Numbered from the stretch's first letter, positions 26,733 to 36,058 are shown. The stretch: DNA of 64,000 bases from Vulcanimicrobiota bacterium (GCA_963743445.1 CAVUPL010000003.1:375984-439983); one strand, 5' to 3'. Made by a program: numbers and translations. Notes: generated from the sequence alone by a model not told the origin.

Positions 26733-28172
26733 CTATTCCGTGTCGGTCGGCTGGTTGTCCGGTCGCTCGTGGACAAAGTGTGAGATCGGATATTTCGAAG
26801 GAATCGCCTTAAACTTGCGCGGTTGCTGCGTAAAGTCGAATGCGTCGTCGAGACTCTTCGCACGCGCGTCGGTGTAGCCATCCGGGGTAGATCCGATGCT
26901 GCCCGGCGAAAGGCCGTTGACCTCCTCGATGAACCTCAGGATGCTGCCGTACTCGTATTGCGTGTGCACGACGACCCCGCGCTTGGCGTACGGCGAAATG
27001 ATCAGACAGGGGACGCGCATGCCGAGGCCGCGATAATCGAGCTGCGGAGGCGGAGCGTTGTCGTAGTAGCCGCCCCAGTCGTCCCAAACCACGATGATCG
27101 CGCTCTTGGACCAGTACTGGCTCGTGCCGACCGCGTTGACTATCGAAGCTACCCATGAGGGTCCTTGATCGCTGAGATACTTCGGATGATCCGAATCGGG
27201 CCTGGTCGGCGTAACCCAGCTCACCGATGCGAGCTTTCCGGAGGATGCGTCGGTCAAGAACGTCGTTTGCGGAGCGATGATCTTGTGGCTCCAGTCGCTG
27301 CCGTAGCGAACGTATTTGATCGCTTCAAAGGGCTCCCAGAACCCTCCGTCCAGCAGTTGCGTCGCGTACATCTTCCACGAGACCTGAGCACTATCGAGCA
27401 CTTGCGCGATGGTGTTGAACTGATCAAAACACGGGAACGGGCCGTCGAAGAAGTGCACGACGCGATCGGGCGTGAGATACGAGCTCTTCGTACCCGGCGG
27501 TGAATCGCAGTCGTCAGGAGCGTGGCTTGGAAAATTGACCTCGGCTTCGGAGGGAAGCTTGATATCGTCCGTTCCGGCGATGAGCGTGAGATGCGCGGTA
27601 AAACTGCCGCCGAACTCTGTGGGGAACATCTCGTCGGCGAGCACGTATTGCTTCGCCATCAGCCGATACGGTTCTATCTGCGAATGTTCGATGTACTCGT
27701 ATGCCTGGTGCGGGCCTCGTTTCGTGCCGTACGCCGAGAAGCCATCCATCTGGCCGTTGTTCCATTCGATCATCGAGGAGCCCCAATCGTGCTCCAGGTC
27801 CGAGTTGTTTTCGAACGTCACTTGGTGGAGGGGCACGACCGAATCTCTCGGAGGACAAGAAATCGAGGCCGGCGGGAGTTCGTGTTGGCTTGCCGGCTCG
27901 ACGACTGCATTTCCACTTAGCTGAGGGGAAGGGGAGTAGCAACCGCTCATGGGCGCGTTTGCGCCGGGCCAGCCGGCAAAGAAATTCTCGAAGCTGCGGT
28001 TTTCCTGGATGACCACGATCACGTTGGAAATATATTTGCTCGCCGAGCCGCCCGAGGTTCGCATCGGCGGCAGCGCGACATGCGTGCCCGTCGAGCCGGT
28101 GCCGGGCGACGAACAGCCGACCCACAAGATGAGGCCGAAAAGCGAAAGGATGACGACCGACTTCGAAACCAT
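26733..28172 (-). CDS. phosphoesterase-family lipoprotein (PLC/AcpA type), paralog 1
   Basis: MVSKSVVILSLFGLILWVGCSS lipobox. VVIQENRSFENFFAGWPGANAP, ..HLTLIAGTD.., ..SVSWVTPT..DSDHP.., VVWDDWGGYYDN, LGMRVPCLIISPYAK are hallmarks of the phosphoesterase (PF04185-like) family. Confidence 0.85.
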   Translation of the reverse strand: MVSKSVVILSLFGLILWVGCSSPGTGSTGTHVALPPMRTSGGSASKYISNVIVVIQENRSFENFFAGWPGANAPMSGCYSPSPQLSGNAVVEPASQHELPPASISCPPRDSVVPLHQVTFENNSDLEHDWGSSMIEWNNGQMDGFSAYGTKRGPHQAYEYIEHSQIEPYRLMAKQYVLADEMFPTEFGGSFTAHLTLIAGTDDIKLPSEAEVNFPSHAPDDCDSPPGTKSSYLTPDRVVHFFDGPFPCFDQFNTIAQVLDSAQVSWKMYATQLLDGGFWEPFEAIKYVRYGSDWSHKIIAPQTTFLTDASSGKLASVSWVTPTRPDSDHPKYLSDQGPSWVASIVNAVGTSQYWSKSAIIVVWDDWGGYYDNAPPPQLDYRGLGMRVPCLIISPYAKRGVVVHTQYEYGSILRFIEEVNGLSPGSIGSTPDGYTDARAKSLDDAFDFTQQPRKFKAIPSKYPISHFVHERPDNQPTDTE

Positions 28173-28200
28173 CTTTCCCCCTGCTAGCAACTCTGTATAT

Positions 28201-28240
28201 CGGCTAAGGATGTTCGGCGCTTGGCGTTAGGACACCACTC
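28201..28240 (-). promoter_or_regulatory. conserved leader upstream of phosphoesterase paralog 1
   Basis: Reverse complement reads GAGTGGTGTCCTAACGCCAAGCGCCGAACATCCTTAGCCG, sharing the GCCGAACATCCTTAGCCG block. Confidence 0.35.
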
Positions 28241-28321
28241 ACGACCAATCCGCGGTGATCAAAAATTGCCTGGCGCTGGGCTCCCTCGAAGGTGCAACGC
28301 CTTGCCGACCGTGACGCAAAA

Positions 28322-28361
28322 CGGCTTCGCGATCGCGAACGCCGGGCGCGGCGGCGGCGGG
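28322..28361. repeat. REP-like palindromic unit
   Basis: CGGCTTCGCGATCGCGAACGCCGGGCGCGGCGGCGGCGGG abuts the stop of the 28362 gene. Palindrome at 28327-28338. Confidence 0.6.
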
Positions 28362-28859
28362 TTATGGTTGCCCGAGCAGATGATGCGTTCTTAGCAATTG
28401 TATAAAGTCATCAAGGTTCTGGGGTGGAATATTGCGCTTCGGAACGCAAACGCACGAAAGCCCGACGATGAGCAAGTAGGCCTTCGTGGTCTCCATCACG
28501 CGGTCTACCGCGGACCAAGCGATGGAGCTTTGAACATAGCGCGACGTCGCCAAGATTCGCTCGCTCGTAAATGTATAGCTCGGATTAGATTCCCTATATC
28601 TTTTGTATGCCTTTCGGCCTTGCGTAGCGTTGATTCGGCCGACCAAGTACAACGTGAAAAAAAAGGCCGCCAAGGCCAGACCGGCGAGAATCGAGGCGGG
28701 CGTTCCCCACGTCAGCGCCGCACTCGATGCCAAACAAGCTGCACCAACTGCAAGAACCGCCCAAAGAACGGTCCGGACGCCTTTCGAATACCGCAATGCG
28801 TCTTGGCAAGCGGTGTACTCCTGCAACGTCATTTCTGCTGGGATCGTAATGTCGTTCAT
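28362..28859 (-). CDS. YcxB-like membrane protein
   Basis: Two central TM helices followed by ..ERILATSRYVQSSIAWSAVDRVMETTKAYLLIVGLSCVCVPKRNI.., the pattern of YcxB/DUF family proteins. Confidence 0.5.
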   Translation of the reverse strand: MNDITIPAEMTLQEYTACQDALRYSKGVRTVLWAVLAVGAACLASSAALTWGTPASILAGLALAAFFFTLYLVGRINATQGRKAYKRYRESNPSYTFTSERILATSRYVQSSIAWSAVDRVMETTKAYLLIVGLSCVCVPKRNIPPQNLDDFIQLLRTHHLLGQP

Positions 28860-28882
28860 AAAAAGCTTTGCGAGCGTGTGGG

Positions 28883-29005
28883 TTACATCAAATGCCTTTG
28901 CGGCATCGCGCCGGGCGCGCCGATCGGCGGCTGCGATCCACCGCAGCCAGCTAAGAATGCAACAATGGCGGTGGCGTTAAGTGCGTACCGAGTCGAGATT
29001 TTCAC
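28883..29005 (-). other. orphan lipoprotein signal-peptide cassette (40 codons, GTG start)
   Basis: VKISTRYALNATAIVAFLAGCGGSQPPIGAPGAMPQRHLM*. Core at 28926-28945. Confidence 0.55.
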
Positions 29006-29011
29006 GAGGTG

Positions 29012-30060
29012 CTAATGAATCGCGATACCTTGGGGGAAATCGAGATCCGTCTGGTTTCCCTCAATCGCTTCCATGGGGCGCACGTTACCATTTGAGCCGG
29101 CCGCATAAACGGTAATACGGCTCACGCTGGCGATACCGCTGGCTGCATAGATATTGCCATCGCTATCAACCGCGATACCAAATGGGCTGACCAATCTCCT
29201 CCGACCGCCGTTAATCTCTCGGATGGGCGCGACATTACCGTTCGCGCCCGGAGCGTAAACTGTTACTCTGACGCTATTGTGGTTAGCTACGTACGTGTTT
29301 AGACTCGAGTCCAGCGCAATCTGCGTCGGCAAATCTATTTTCGTAAGGTCGCCCTGAATAATCCGCGTTGGTGCGGTGTCCCCCGTACTGCCCGCACGAT
29401 AAAAAGTTAGCCAGCCGGGATGTCCTGGCGGGGCGTTCGTAACTCCAACGTTTCCACTTGCATCTAACGCGAGGCAGTTGGGATGTTCGAGGAGGGTGTC
29501 CGACCCTTGAATCACCCCAATCGGTGAAACGTCGCCCCTCGAGCCCGGGGCGTATATGGTTACGGAACCGCTTCTCGATGGACCGCCGTCGATGTTTGAA
29601 ACATAAATGTCCGCATTGACCGAATCGACAGCGATCCCGGTTGGTGTGTTCAGCTCGGTGTTCCGGCCGCGGATGGTTTCGGTGGGCTTGACGTTTCCTG
29701 TAGCACCGGGCGCGTAGACGGTCACGGACGCAGGAAACGTGTTTACAACGTAGATATGACCACGCCCACCCACCGCGACATCGTGAGGGTGGTTCAGGCC
29801 GGTTTTGGAGCCGTGAATGTCTTGGATCGGTTTTACGTTGCCCGTCGCGCCCGAGGCGTAGACCGTTACCCTATATGGTTCACGTTGGTGACATAGAGGC
29901 ATGGACACGAAGCGCTGCGGTGCTTGCCTGAGAAGACGCGATCGGCATGCGCGGCGATTGCATGGCTTTGCGGCAGGATCGGCGGCTGCGATCCGCCGCA
30001 CGCTGCGAGCGATGCCACGGCGATGCTGACGCTAAGCACAAAGCGAGCACAGAAACTCAT
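29012..30060 (-). pseudogene. NHL-like beta-propeller lipoprotein (family B) with a frameshift after the signal peptide
   Basis: MSFCARFVLSVSIAVASLAACGGSQPPILPQSHAIAAHADR...LYVTNVNHIG* is read in one frame (30060 to 29866). The body (Y)RVTVYASGATGNVKP.. with six blades (IYVVN, IYVSN, VGVTN, TYVAN, IYAAS) lies in the -1 frame down to 29012. The shift is near 29868-29880. Confidence 0.65.
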
Positions 30061-31055
30061 GTACCGATGCTGACCGCTTCCACGCTTCCCAGTTCGGTCT
30101 TGACCTTGTAGACCTTGAACGGGTTCCCGCCCTGCGGGTAGTGCCAAAACTCAATCTCGTAAATGCCCGCGCCGGCGCACAAGAGGTTGATGCCCACTAC
30201 GACTCGCCCTTGCCGGTCGTTCACGGGCGTATTCTTCTCTCCCAGAATGAACGGTGCGGCAATGGACGTTGAGTTACCGCTGCACGTGTCGGTGAGGATC
30301 GCTTCGTGGTGGAACTTCAGCGCCTTGCCGGAGAGGCTCGCATCGACGATGCCGTCGGTCGCGTTCTTATCGGCGTCTTCGTCGGTGAGCGCGAAGTACT
30401 TGCCGTCCCACATCGTATGACCCGGCGTATTGACCGTAAAACCCTTCATCGATAGGGTCCTCAAGGATTTCGCGCCCGACAGTAACGCGCAAGGTGTAGC
30501 CGGCGGCGTTGCGTCCGCAAGTCCAACGAGATTGCCTTTGGTGTCGTAACCCAACGGTAGCATGTCCCCACAATCTTTCGCGCTGTACGTCTTACCTTTC
30601 GCCGGGTCGCCGCCGGCAAAGACCGTCGCAGTACCTCCGTTGGTGATAGCCAGGTCGTTCGTTGCATCGGCCGAGCATCCGTCCGACACAGCGGCGGTAG
30701 AATAGGTGTTGAGGATCTTATTGCCTCCGTGGGCGTACTCGAGGGTCGTGGCGTTGCTCTGGCCGATGAACACGTCGCCTTTCGCATCGACGCACGCTCC
30801 GAAGCCTGCGTTTATGTTTAACTTTCCGACCCGCTTGCCCGTAAAATAATCGTAGACATAGATGCCGCCGTAAATACCTCCGGCATAAATCAGGACCGAT
30901 TTGTGGCCGCTGCTCTGCGGCAGCATCCACGATCCACGACCTATCGGCGTCGCGCCCGGCGCGCCGATCGGCGACTGCGGTCCGCCGCAGCCCGCGAGAA
31001 TAGCCATGGCCCCGCAGATGCCAAATGCATAGCGGCCCAAATCTGAAATTCTCAC
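30057..31055 (-). CDS. lipoprotein, beta-propeller-like paralog family A
   Basis: VRISDLGRYAFGICGAMAILAGCGGPQSPIGAPGATPIGRGSWMLPQSS.. GTG 31055 is preceded by GGAGCAAGGCAA, as in the other leaders. The stop overlaps the ATG of the next gene (ATGA). Confidence 0.75.
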   Translation of the reverse strand: MRISDLGRYAFGICGAMAILAGCGGPQSPIGAPGATPIGRGSWMLPQSSGHKSVLIYAGGIYGGIYVYDYFTGKRVGKLNINAGFGACVDAKGDVFIGQSNATTLEYAHGGNKILNTYSTAAVSDGCSADATNDLAITNGGTATVFAGGDPAKGKTYSAKDCGDMLPLGYDTKGNLVGLADATPPATPCALLSGAKSLRTLSMKGFTVNTPGHTMWDGKYFALTDEDADKNATDGIVDASLSGKALKFHHEAILTDTCSGNSTSIAAPFILGEKNTPVNDRQGRVVVGINLLCAGAGIYEIEFWHYPQGGNPFKVYKVKTELGSVEAVSIGT

Positions 31056-31390
31056 TTGCCTTGCTCCAATTTCCACGCGTTCGCGTCGTCACGTTCTGCC
31101 CGCAAGGCCCTCGGGCAAGCGATGCAGTCTAAGCCCATCGTACCACCCAGGTCGCGATCTCGGAAGCCGCCTCGGCCCAAGGCTCCGTGGCGACGGCGCC
31201 GTTCGGTGGCTCTCGTCGCTGTATACTTGGCTCCGGTCGAAGCGTTCAGCGTAAGCGTGATCGCTCGGCTTTGCGGCATGGTGCCCGGCGCGCCGATTGG
31301 CGGCTGCGATTCGCCGCAGCCCGCGAGCAATGCAGCTGCGCAGCTTGTTAGCGCGTAACGGCTAAAAACCCAATCCGAGGGAAGGACCAT
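31052..31390 (-). other. signal-peptide cassette ORF with non-homologous Arg-rich tail (likely orphan)
   Basis: MVLPSDWVFSRYALTSCAAALLAGCGESQPPIGAPGTMPQSRAITLTLNAS.. then RATERRRRHGALGRGGFRDRD.. Core at 31299-31318. The tail overlaps the leader of the 31055 gene. Confidence 0.45.
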
Positions 31391-31444
31391 TCTGAGCACC
31401 TGTGAACTGAACGGGTCCTTTACTACATCTTTGGGAGCGATAGT

Positions 31445-32254
31445 ATGCGTTCGAAAACAAGCATCCAACGCGGTCGATTCCTTGCGACGAGCGCGGCGGC
31501 GATCGGTGCCGCCGCGGCGAGCTACTCCTTTGCATCGGCGCAAACGGAAGTGGCTGCGACGACGAGCGGCGCGGGCAAGCCGAGCATAGTTTTCTGTCAT
31601 GGTCTTTGGGCCGACGGCTCGTGCTTTACTAAAGTAATTGGGCCGTTGCAAGCGCAAGGCTACGATTGCATTGCTGCGCAGTACCCGCTCAACACACCCG
31701 AAAATGACGTCACTTTTGCCAAGTGGGCAATGGACGTGGTGAAGGGTCCTATCGTGCTTGTTGGACATTCATATGGCGGCTCGGTGATCACGGCCGCCGG
31801 AACCGCCCCGCGCGTGAAAGCCCTCGTTTACATCAACGCGCTGGCTCCCGATACTGCTGCCGGCGAGACATCGCAGAGCATACAGCAGAAGTTCCCCACG
31901 ACCGACGTGCTCAAGCACATCAAAGTCGTCGATGGACGTATCTGGCTGACCAAAGAAGGCCTACAGTATTTTTGCGGCGATCTCTCGGCGACTGAGCAGC
32001 AGCTCGTTTGGGCGACACAGGGCGCGCCGGCTGCCAACATCTTCGCGCACGATGCGCCGGGCGTTGCGTGGAAGACCAAACCGAGTTGGTACATTGTTGG
32101 AAAGAAGGATCACACAGTCAACCCGGATCTTGAACGTTTTCTAGCGAAACGGATGAAAGCCAAGACGACCGAACTCGATTCGAGTCACGTGCCGATGCTC
32201 TCGCAACCAGACCGCGTGGTCGAAGTAATTCTCAGCGCTGCGCAGTCGGTGTAG
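31445..32254 (+). CDS. secreted alpha/beta hydrolase
   Basis: Signal-like N-terminus, HG box (IVFCHGLWADG) and nucleophile elbow VLVGHSYGG. The C-terminal ..DSSHVPMLSQP contains the catalytic His. Confidence 0.8.
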   Translation: MRSKTSIQRGRFLATSAAAIGAAAASYSFASAQTEVAATTSGAGKPSIVFCHGLWADGSCFTKVIGPLQAQGYDCIAAQYPLNTPENDVTFAKWAMDVVKGPIVLVGHSYGGSVITAAGTAPRVKALVYINALAPDTAAGETSQSIQQKFPTTDVLKHIKVVDGRIWLTKEGLQYFCGDLSATEQQLVWATQGAPAANIFAHDAPGVAWKTKPSWYIVGKKDHTVNPDLERFLAKRMKAKTTELDSSHVPMLSQPDRVVEVILSAAQSV

Positions 32255-32335
32255 AAGTCGGGGAGCACGAGCTGCCACAGGCGGCCACATAAGTCCTCGT
32301 GAAAAAAAAAGGACGCCGGCCATTCTTGACCGCAT

Positions 32336-32629
32336 GTGTTCCGCGAATACAAGTTGACGAATGTGCTGGCAATGTTCGGGACCTTCGAAAGCCTCGGCAT
32401 CCTGATATATCGGCGAGAGATTAACATCTCGCTCGTCGAGGATTATTGCGGCGGGGCGATCGTCTTAGCCGGCAGACGCTTCAAACGGTACATCACAGAG
32501 ATGCAAGAATCAAGCGGCCGCGCAACCTATTACGAATGGTTTCAGTGGCTGTACGAACGCTTTGAAGAGCGCGAATCCACAAAGCCCGCGGTTCCCGCGT
32601 TCGTCGCCCATCGCGATTGGAGGCCCTAG
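32336..32629 (+). CDS. hypothetical protein (97 aa, GTG start), low-GC
   Basis: ORF with non-junk composition. No motif recognised. Confidence 0.35.
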   Translation: MFREYKLTNVLAMFGTFESLGILIYRREINISLVEDYCGGAIVLAGRRFKRYITEMQESSGRATYYEWFQWLYERFEERESTKPAVPAFVAHRDWRP

Positions 32630-32765
32630 AACACGCCAGGGATTCCGCGTCGTAGTTTCCTTGGTGTCACCGCGCCCCGCGAGTGCCGCATTGCGCCTCG
32701 CAGCTGCAATGCGAGCTACGCAAGCCGATCACTGGTTGCGTTGCTTCGTTCGGAAAGCGCGTGCG

Positions 32766-34073
32766 CTACGGCTTTAGCGAGAAGACCGTGCCATAGCCGT
32801 GCGCGCCGCCTACCTCCGTCGTTCCATAGAGCGTACCCTTGACGTCGATCAGGCTTGAGTAGGGATTAGCACCATCGCTTCCGTTACCGAAGCTGTGGAG
32901 TACCTTCTCGGTGCCGCCCGGCGTGATGCTAAAGACGGTCCCGTAGCCACAGTTGGAGCCGCAGCGATACGAACCGCCTGCGTATGTGGTCCCATAGAGC
33001 TTGCCGTTTAGCTCGATCAGGGATGCGCGGGGATTAGCACCATCGGTTCCGTTCCCGAAGCTGTGGAGTACGTTCTCCGTGCCGCCCAGCGTGATGCTAA
33101 AGACCGTGCCACAACCCACGTGGGAGCCGCAGCTGTACGCACCGCCGGCGCCTGTCGTGCCATACAGCTTGCCTTTTATGTCGATCAGGCCCGCAAAAGG
33201 GTTACGGCCGTCGCTTCCCGCGCCGAAGCTGTGGAGCAGCTTCTCCGCGCCGCCCGCCGTAATGCCAAACACCATGCCGTAGCCATGCTTACCGCCAGAC
33301 GCTGTCGTACCGTAGAGCGTTCCCTTTATATCGATCAGGCCTGCATGAGGGAACGCGCCGTCGGGACTACCGGTGAAGTTGTACAAGACGCCCTCCGCAC
33401 CGGCTGTCGTGATGCTAAACACTGTTCCGCAGGCTTGGCCGGAGTAGTAGCACTCACCCCGGCCGCCTAAGCCTGTCGTTCCGTAGAGTGTGCCCTTTAC
33501 GTCGATCAGGCCTGCACTCGGCCTCGCGCCATCATTGGGGTACCCGTTGAAGCTGTGCAGCACTTTTTCCGTGCCGCTGCGCGTGATACTAAAGACCGTG
33601 CCGCAGTTGACATAGGACGAGCCATAGCACGCATACGAGCCGCCGCGCGTCGTCGTGCCATACAGCATGCCACCCACATCGACTAAGCCGGCGCGAGGGT
33701 TCTGGCCATCGCTTCCTGCGCCGAAGTCATGCAGCACTTTCTCCGTGCCGCCCAGCGTGACGCTATAGACCGTTCCGCAGCCGTAGTACGCGCTATCGCT
33801 GCAGTAAAACGAGCCCCCGCCGGCGATCGTCGTGCCGTAAAGCGCGCCGCCCACGTAGATTAAGCCGGCGAAAGACTTAGCGCCATCGCTTCCGCCGCCA
33901 AAGCTATACACGACTTTGTAGTGCGTGCTATCGGTCCGCACGGCGAGTGGTGCGGTTTGCGGCATCATGCCAGGCACGCCGATCGGCGGTTGCGATGATC
34001 CGCCGCACGCGGCCAGCGCCGCCGCGGCCGAGGTTATGCTCAGCACGCAGCGGCCCAAAATAAAGCTCTTCAT
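32766..34073 (-). CDS. GloVer-type tandem-repeat lipoprotein
   Basis: MKSFILGRCVLSITSAAAALAACGGSSQPPIGVPGMMPQT.. followed by 8 or more G(T/A/K)LYGTT..GG..CGTVFSIT.GG.E.VLHSF repeats. Ends GTVFSLKP*. Core variant at 33985-34007. Confidence 0.85.
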   Translation of the reverse strand: MKSFILGRCVLSITSAAAALAACGGSSQPPIGVPGMMPQTAPLAVRTDSTHYKVVYSFGGGSDGAKSFAGLIYVGGALYGTTIAGGGSFYCSDSAYYGCGTVYSVTLGGTEKVLHDFGAGSDGQNPRAGLVDVGGMLYGTTTRGGSYACYGSSYVNCGTVFSITRSGTEKVLHSFNGYPNDGARPSAGLIDVKGTLYGTTGLGGRGECYYSGQACGTVFSITTAGAEGVLYNFTGSPDGAFPHAGLIDIKGTLYGTTASGGKHGYGMVFGITAGGAEKLLHSFGAGSDGRNPFAGLIDIKGKLYGTTGAGGAYSCGSHVGCGTVFSITLGGTENVLHSFGNGTDGANPRASLIELNGKLYGTTYAGGSYRCGSNCGYGTVFSITPGGTEKVLHSFGNGSDGANPYSSLIDVKGTLYGTTEVGGAHGYGTVFSLKP

Positions 34074-34105
34074 CTACGTAGCTCCTCGCCGGGTAAATGG
34101 ATCGA

Positions 34106-34146
34106 CGGCTAGAGAGGTTCGGCGTGACGGCGTCAGAACCCTAAGG
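34106..34146 (-). promoter_or_regulatory. conserved leader (diverged copy)
   Basis: Reverse complement reads CCTTAGGGTTCTGACGCCGTCACGCCGAACCTCTCTAGCCG. Confidence 0.3.
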
Positions 34147-34152
34147 CCGCTA

Positions 34153-34830
34153 ATGTCGATTAGTTTCACCGCTCTGTTCGGTCGGAGGCTGTTGATGCGT
34201 AGGGGGCGTGTCGCCTCGGGTCTCGCGATATTCGTGATATGTGGGTGCGCAACGATCAGCGCGCCCTTACCAGACTCTGCGACGGCCGGTTACGTTCGAC
34301 AAACGAATGTGCAAGAAAAAACACCGGTCTGTCACGGACAGAAGACGTACGCAAAGTACGCGAGTGTGACTGAAGCGATTCGGATAAAGCCGACGGAGTT
34401 GTGCGTTCCCTCGTTTAAGGGCTTTGGAGGATTCATTGGTTTTCCGGCCGCGCATCCGCCTGGAAAGTTGACATTAATGGCGAGCGACAGGCACTTACAT
34501 CACGGTTTGCCTAAGCTAAAAGGAATCGCGCCTGTTTTCTATCTAGAGTGGGATCCAGGTTGGCAGATGACGTTGGGTAAAGTTGCGCCAGCCGGAGGCG
34601 TCTTCGGTAAGAAATTCATTCCCGGTCACTTTTATACGGCGTACGGACAGGGAGAGAAAGACGGTGGCACCGACCGTGTTGGGCCGTGTTACTCAGTTGC
34701 GGTTGAAGGTAAGTATGGCGGCGTGTTTCGCAATCTCGGGAGCCTCGTGACGGGACACAGTGACTCCATCTTCGCCTGGACGCTGGGGATCTATCCGGGC
34801 AAAGAGGCCAACGACCGCTGCGGCAGCTAA
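34153..34830 (+). CDS. hypothetical lipoprotein (225 aa)
   Basis: ..RRGRVASGLAIFVICGCATISAP lipobox-like N-terminus. ATG 34195 is an alternative start. The ORF track's upstream part (from 33925) is antisense to the GloVer gene. Confidence 0.5.
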   Translation: MSISFTALFGRRLLMRRGRVASGLAIFVICGCATISAPLPDSATAGYVRQTNVQEKTPVCHGQKTYAKYASVTEAIRIKPTELCVPSFKGFGGFIGFPAAHPPGKLTLMASDRHLHHGLPKLKGIAPVFYLEWDPGWQMTLGKVAPAGGVFGKKFIPGHFYTAYGQGEKDGGTDRVGPCYSVAVEGKYGGVFRNLGSLVTGHSDSIFAWTLGIYPGKEANDRCGS

Positions 34831-34897
34831 AACACGCACGATTCGTACAGGTTAGGCATCATCTAGTCTCCTCGCCGCTTCCGGCGTTCCCTGGGCT

Positions 34898-36058
34898 TCA
34901 GAATGCTTCGATGCCGTGTGGCGTACCCCAGCCGTCAGGATACGAGAAGCGCCCTCCGTAAATGCACGAGCTGTAACACTCGACCTTGTAAAGATGCTGC
35001 TGATGCTTCTTGCTCCAGAACGTGCGGCCGCCGTCTTGATTTCTTGCGTTGCCCGCGAGTCCGAACACACCGGAGATAAGGGCGGTCGGCAAGTTGTTGC
35101 CGCTGGCGTTTAACCAGCCCCCATCTGTCCCGAGGCCGTCAAAGCTGTCAAAAATGACAATGGAGTTAGCGACGATCGAGACGTCATCGGAGACGCGCCC
35201 GGAGCAACCTGTCGCGGTTTGCCACGGCGGTTTTGGAACGTCGGTAAAGCAACCTCCGCCGACATGCTTCCAAATCGTCTCAGTCCAGCCCCGTTTTCCA
35301 CCACCGCCCTGCGTTAGATACGTTCCGCCGACCGCCACGACGGTGTCAAAGTCCGCTGGAAAGACTTCGTCGGGCTGCGGCACCGCAGCCAGCCCGACAT
35401 ACGTGACCCCCTTCGCGTCGAAGTAGGATTTGTCAACGCAGCCGTAGCCAGTACACGCCCAATCGTTGCTCACGATGTGGGCGCCGAGCGAAACGGCGGT
35501 CTTCGCTGCGGTTTGAAGGTCGCTCTGATCCTCGCCATTTGCTTCGATCAGATCGATCGTACAGTTCGGACAAACCGCGGCTACCATCTCAACATCGCCA
35601 TCAATGAAGACCCCGAGGGGTTTGCGCGCCGGCGGATATTTTTTTTGCTGACCATACTCGTTAAACTTGTAGAGCTTCCCGCTCGGCAGCTGGAACTCGG
35701 AACGATACTCCGCTTGATCCGAGGCGACGTTGGGATTGTCGCATACTTCCACGAGCGCCACGATTTGGCCGTTGCCGTTGCTCATCGAGGGCAGATCGTA
35801 TGCGGCCTGAAGATTCGCAGGCGTCAGGCCGCGCGGAAGCGCTCGGCGGCTTTTGTCGCCGGGCCGTACCGTGAGCCACGGCCTAAGGATATTACCGTGG
35901 CTGCCGGTGCAGACATCGTACGATTCACGCGTAGCGCTCTGCTGCGACGCGCCCGGCACACTGATGGGCGTTTGCGATCCACCGCACCCCGCGAGCATTG
36001 CAACAGCGATGCTGATGCATACAGCGCGGTTCTCGAAATGCGACTGCTTCACTGCCAA
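34898..36058 (-). CDS. S53 (sedolisin)-like lipoprotein, catalytic residues substituted (predicted pseudo-peptidase)
   Basis: AMLAGCGGSQTPISVPGASQQS.. It aligns along its length with the 40310 protein. However, EIDLD becomes FIDGD, SGGDAG becomes AAVPQPDE, and CGTSVPTP becomes ASGNNLPT. Confidence 0.7.
   Translation of the reverse strand: MAVKQSHFENRAVCISIAVAMLAGCGGSQTPISVPGASQQSATRESYDVCTGSHGNILRPWLTVRPGDKSRRALPRGLTPANLQAAYDLPSMSNGNGQIVALVEVCDNPNVASDQAEYRSEFQLPSGKLYKFNEYGQQKKYPPARKPLGVFIDGDVEMVAAVCPNCTIDLIEANGEDQSDLQTAAKTAVSLGAHIVSNDWACTGYGCVDKSYFDAKGVTYVGLAAVPQPDEVFPADFDTVVAVGGTYLTQGGGGKRGWTETIWKHVGGGCFTDVPKPPWQTATGCSGRVSDDVSIVANSIVIFDSFDGLGTDGGWLNASGNNLPTALISGVFGLAGNARNQDGGRTFWSKKHQQHLYKVECYSSCIYGGRFSYPDGWGTPHGIEAF

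Noticed and set aside
31445-31540. Twin-arginine (Tat) signal on the alpha/beta hydrolase
   Set aside because: The motif is RGRFLA, not RR. It is more likely an ordinary Sec signal.
32262-32310. Hairpin CACGAG...CTCGTG followed by an A9 run after the hydrolase gene, as a possible terminator
   Set aside because: The loop is about 24 nt. The homopolymer is A on the plus strand, and the T-run precedes the stem on the minus strand, so it fits neither orientation of an intrinsic terminator.
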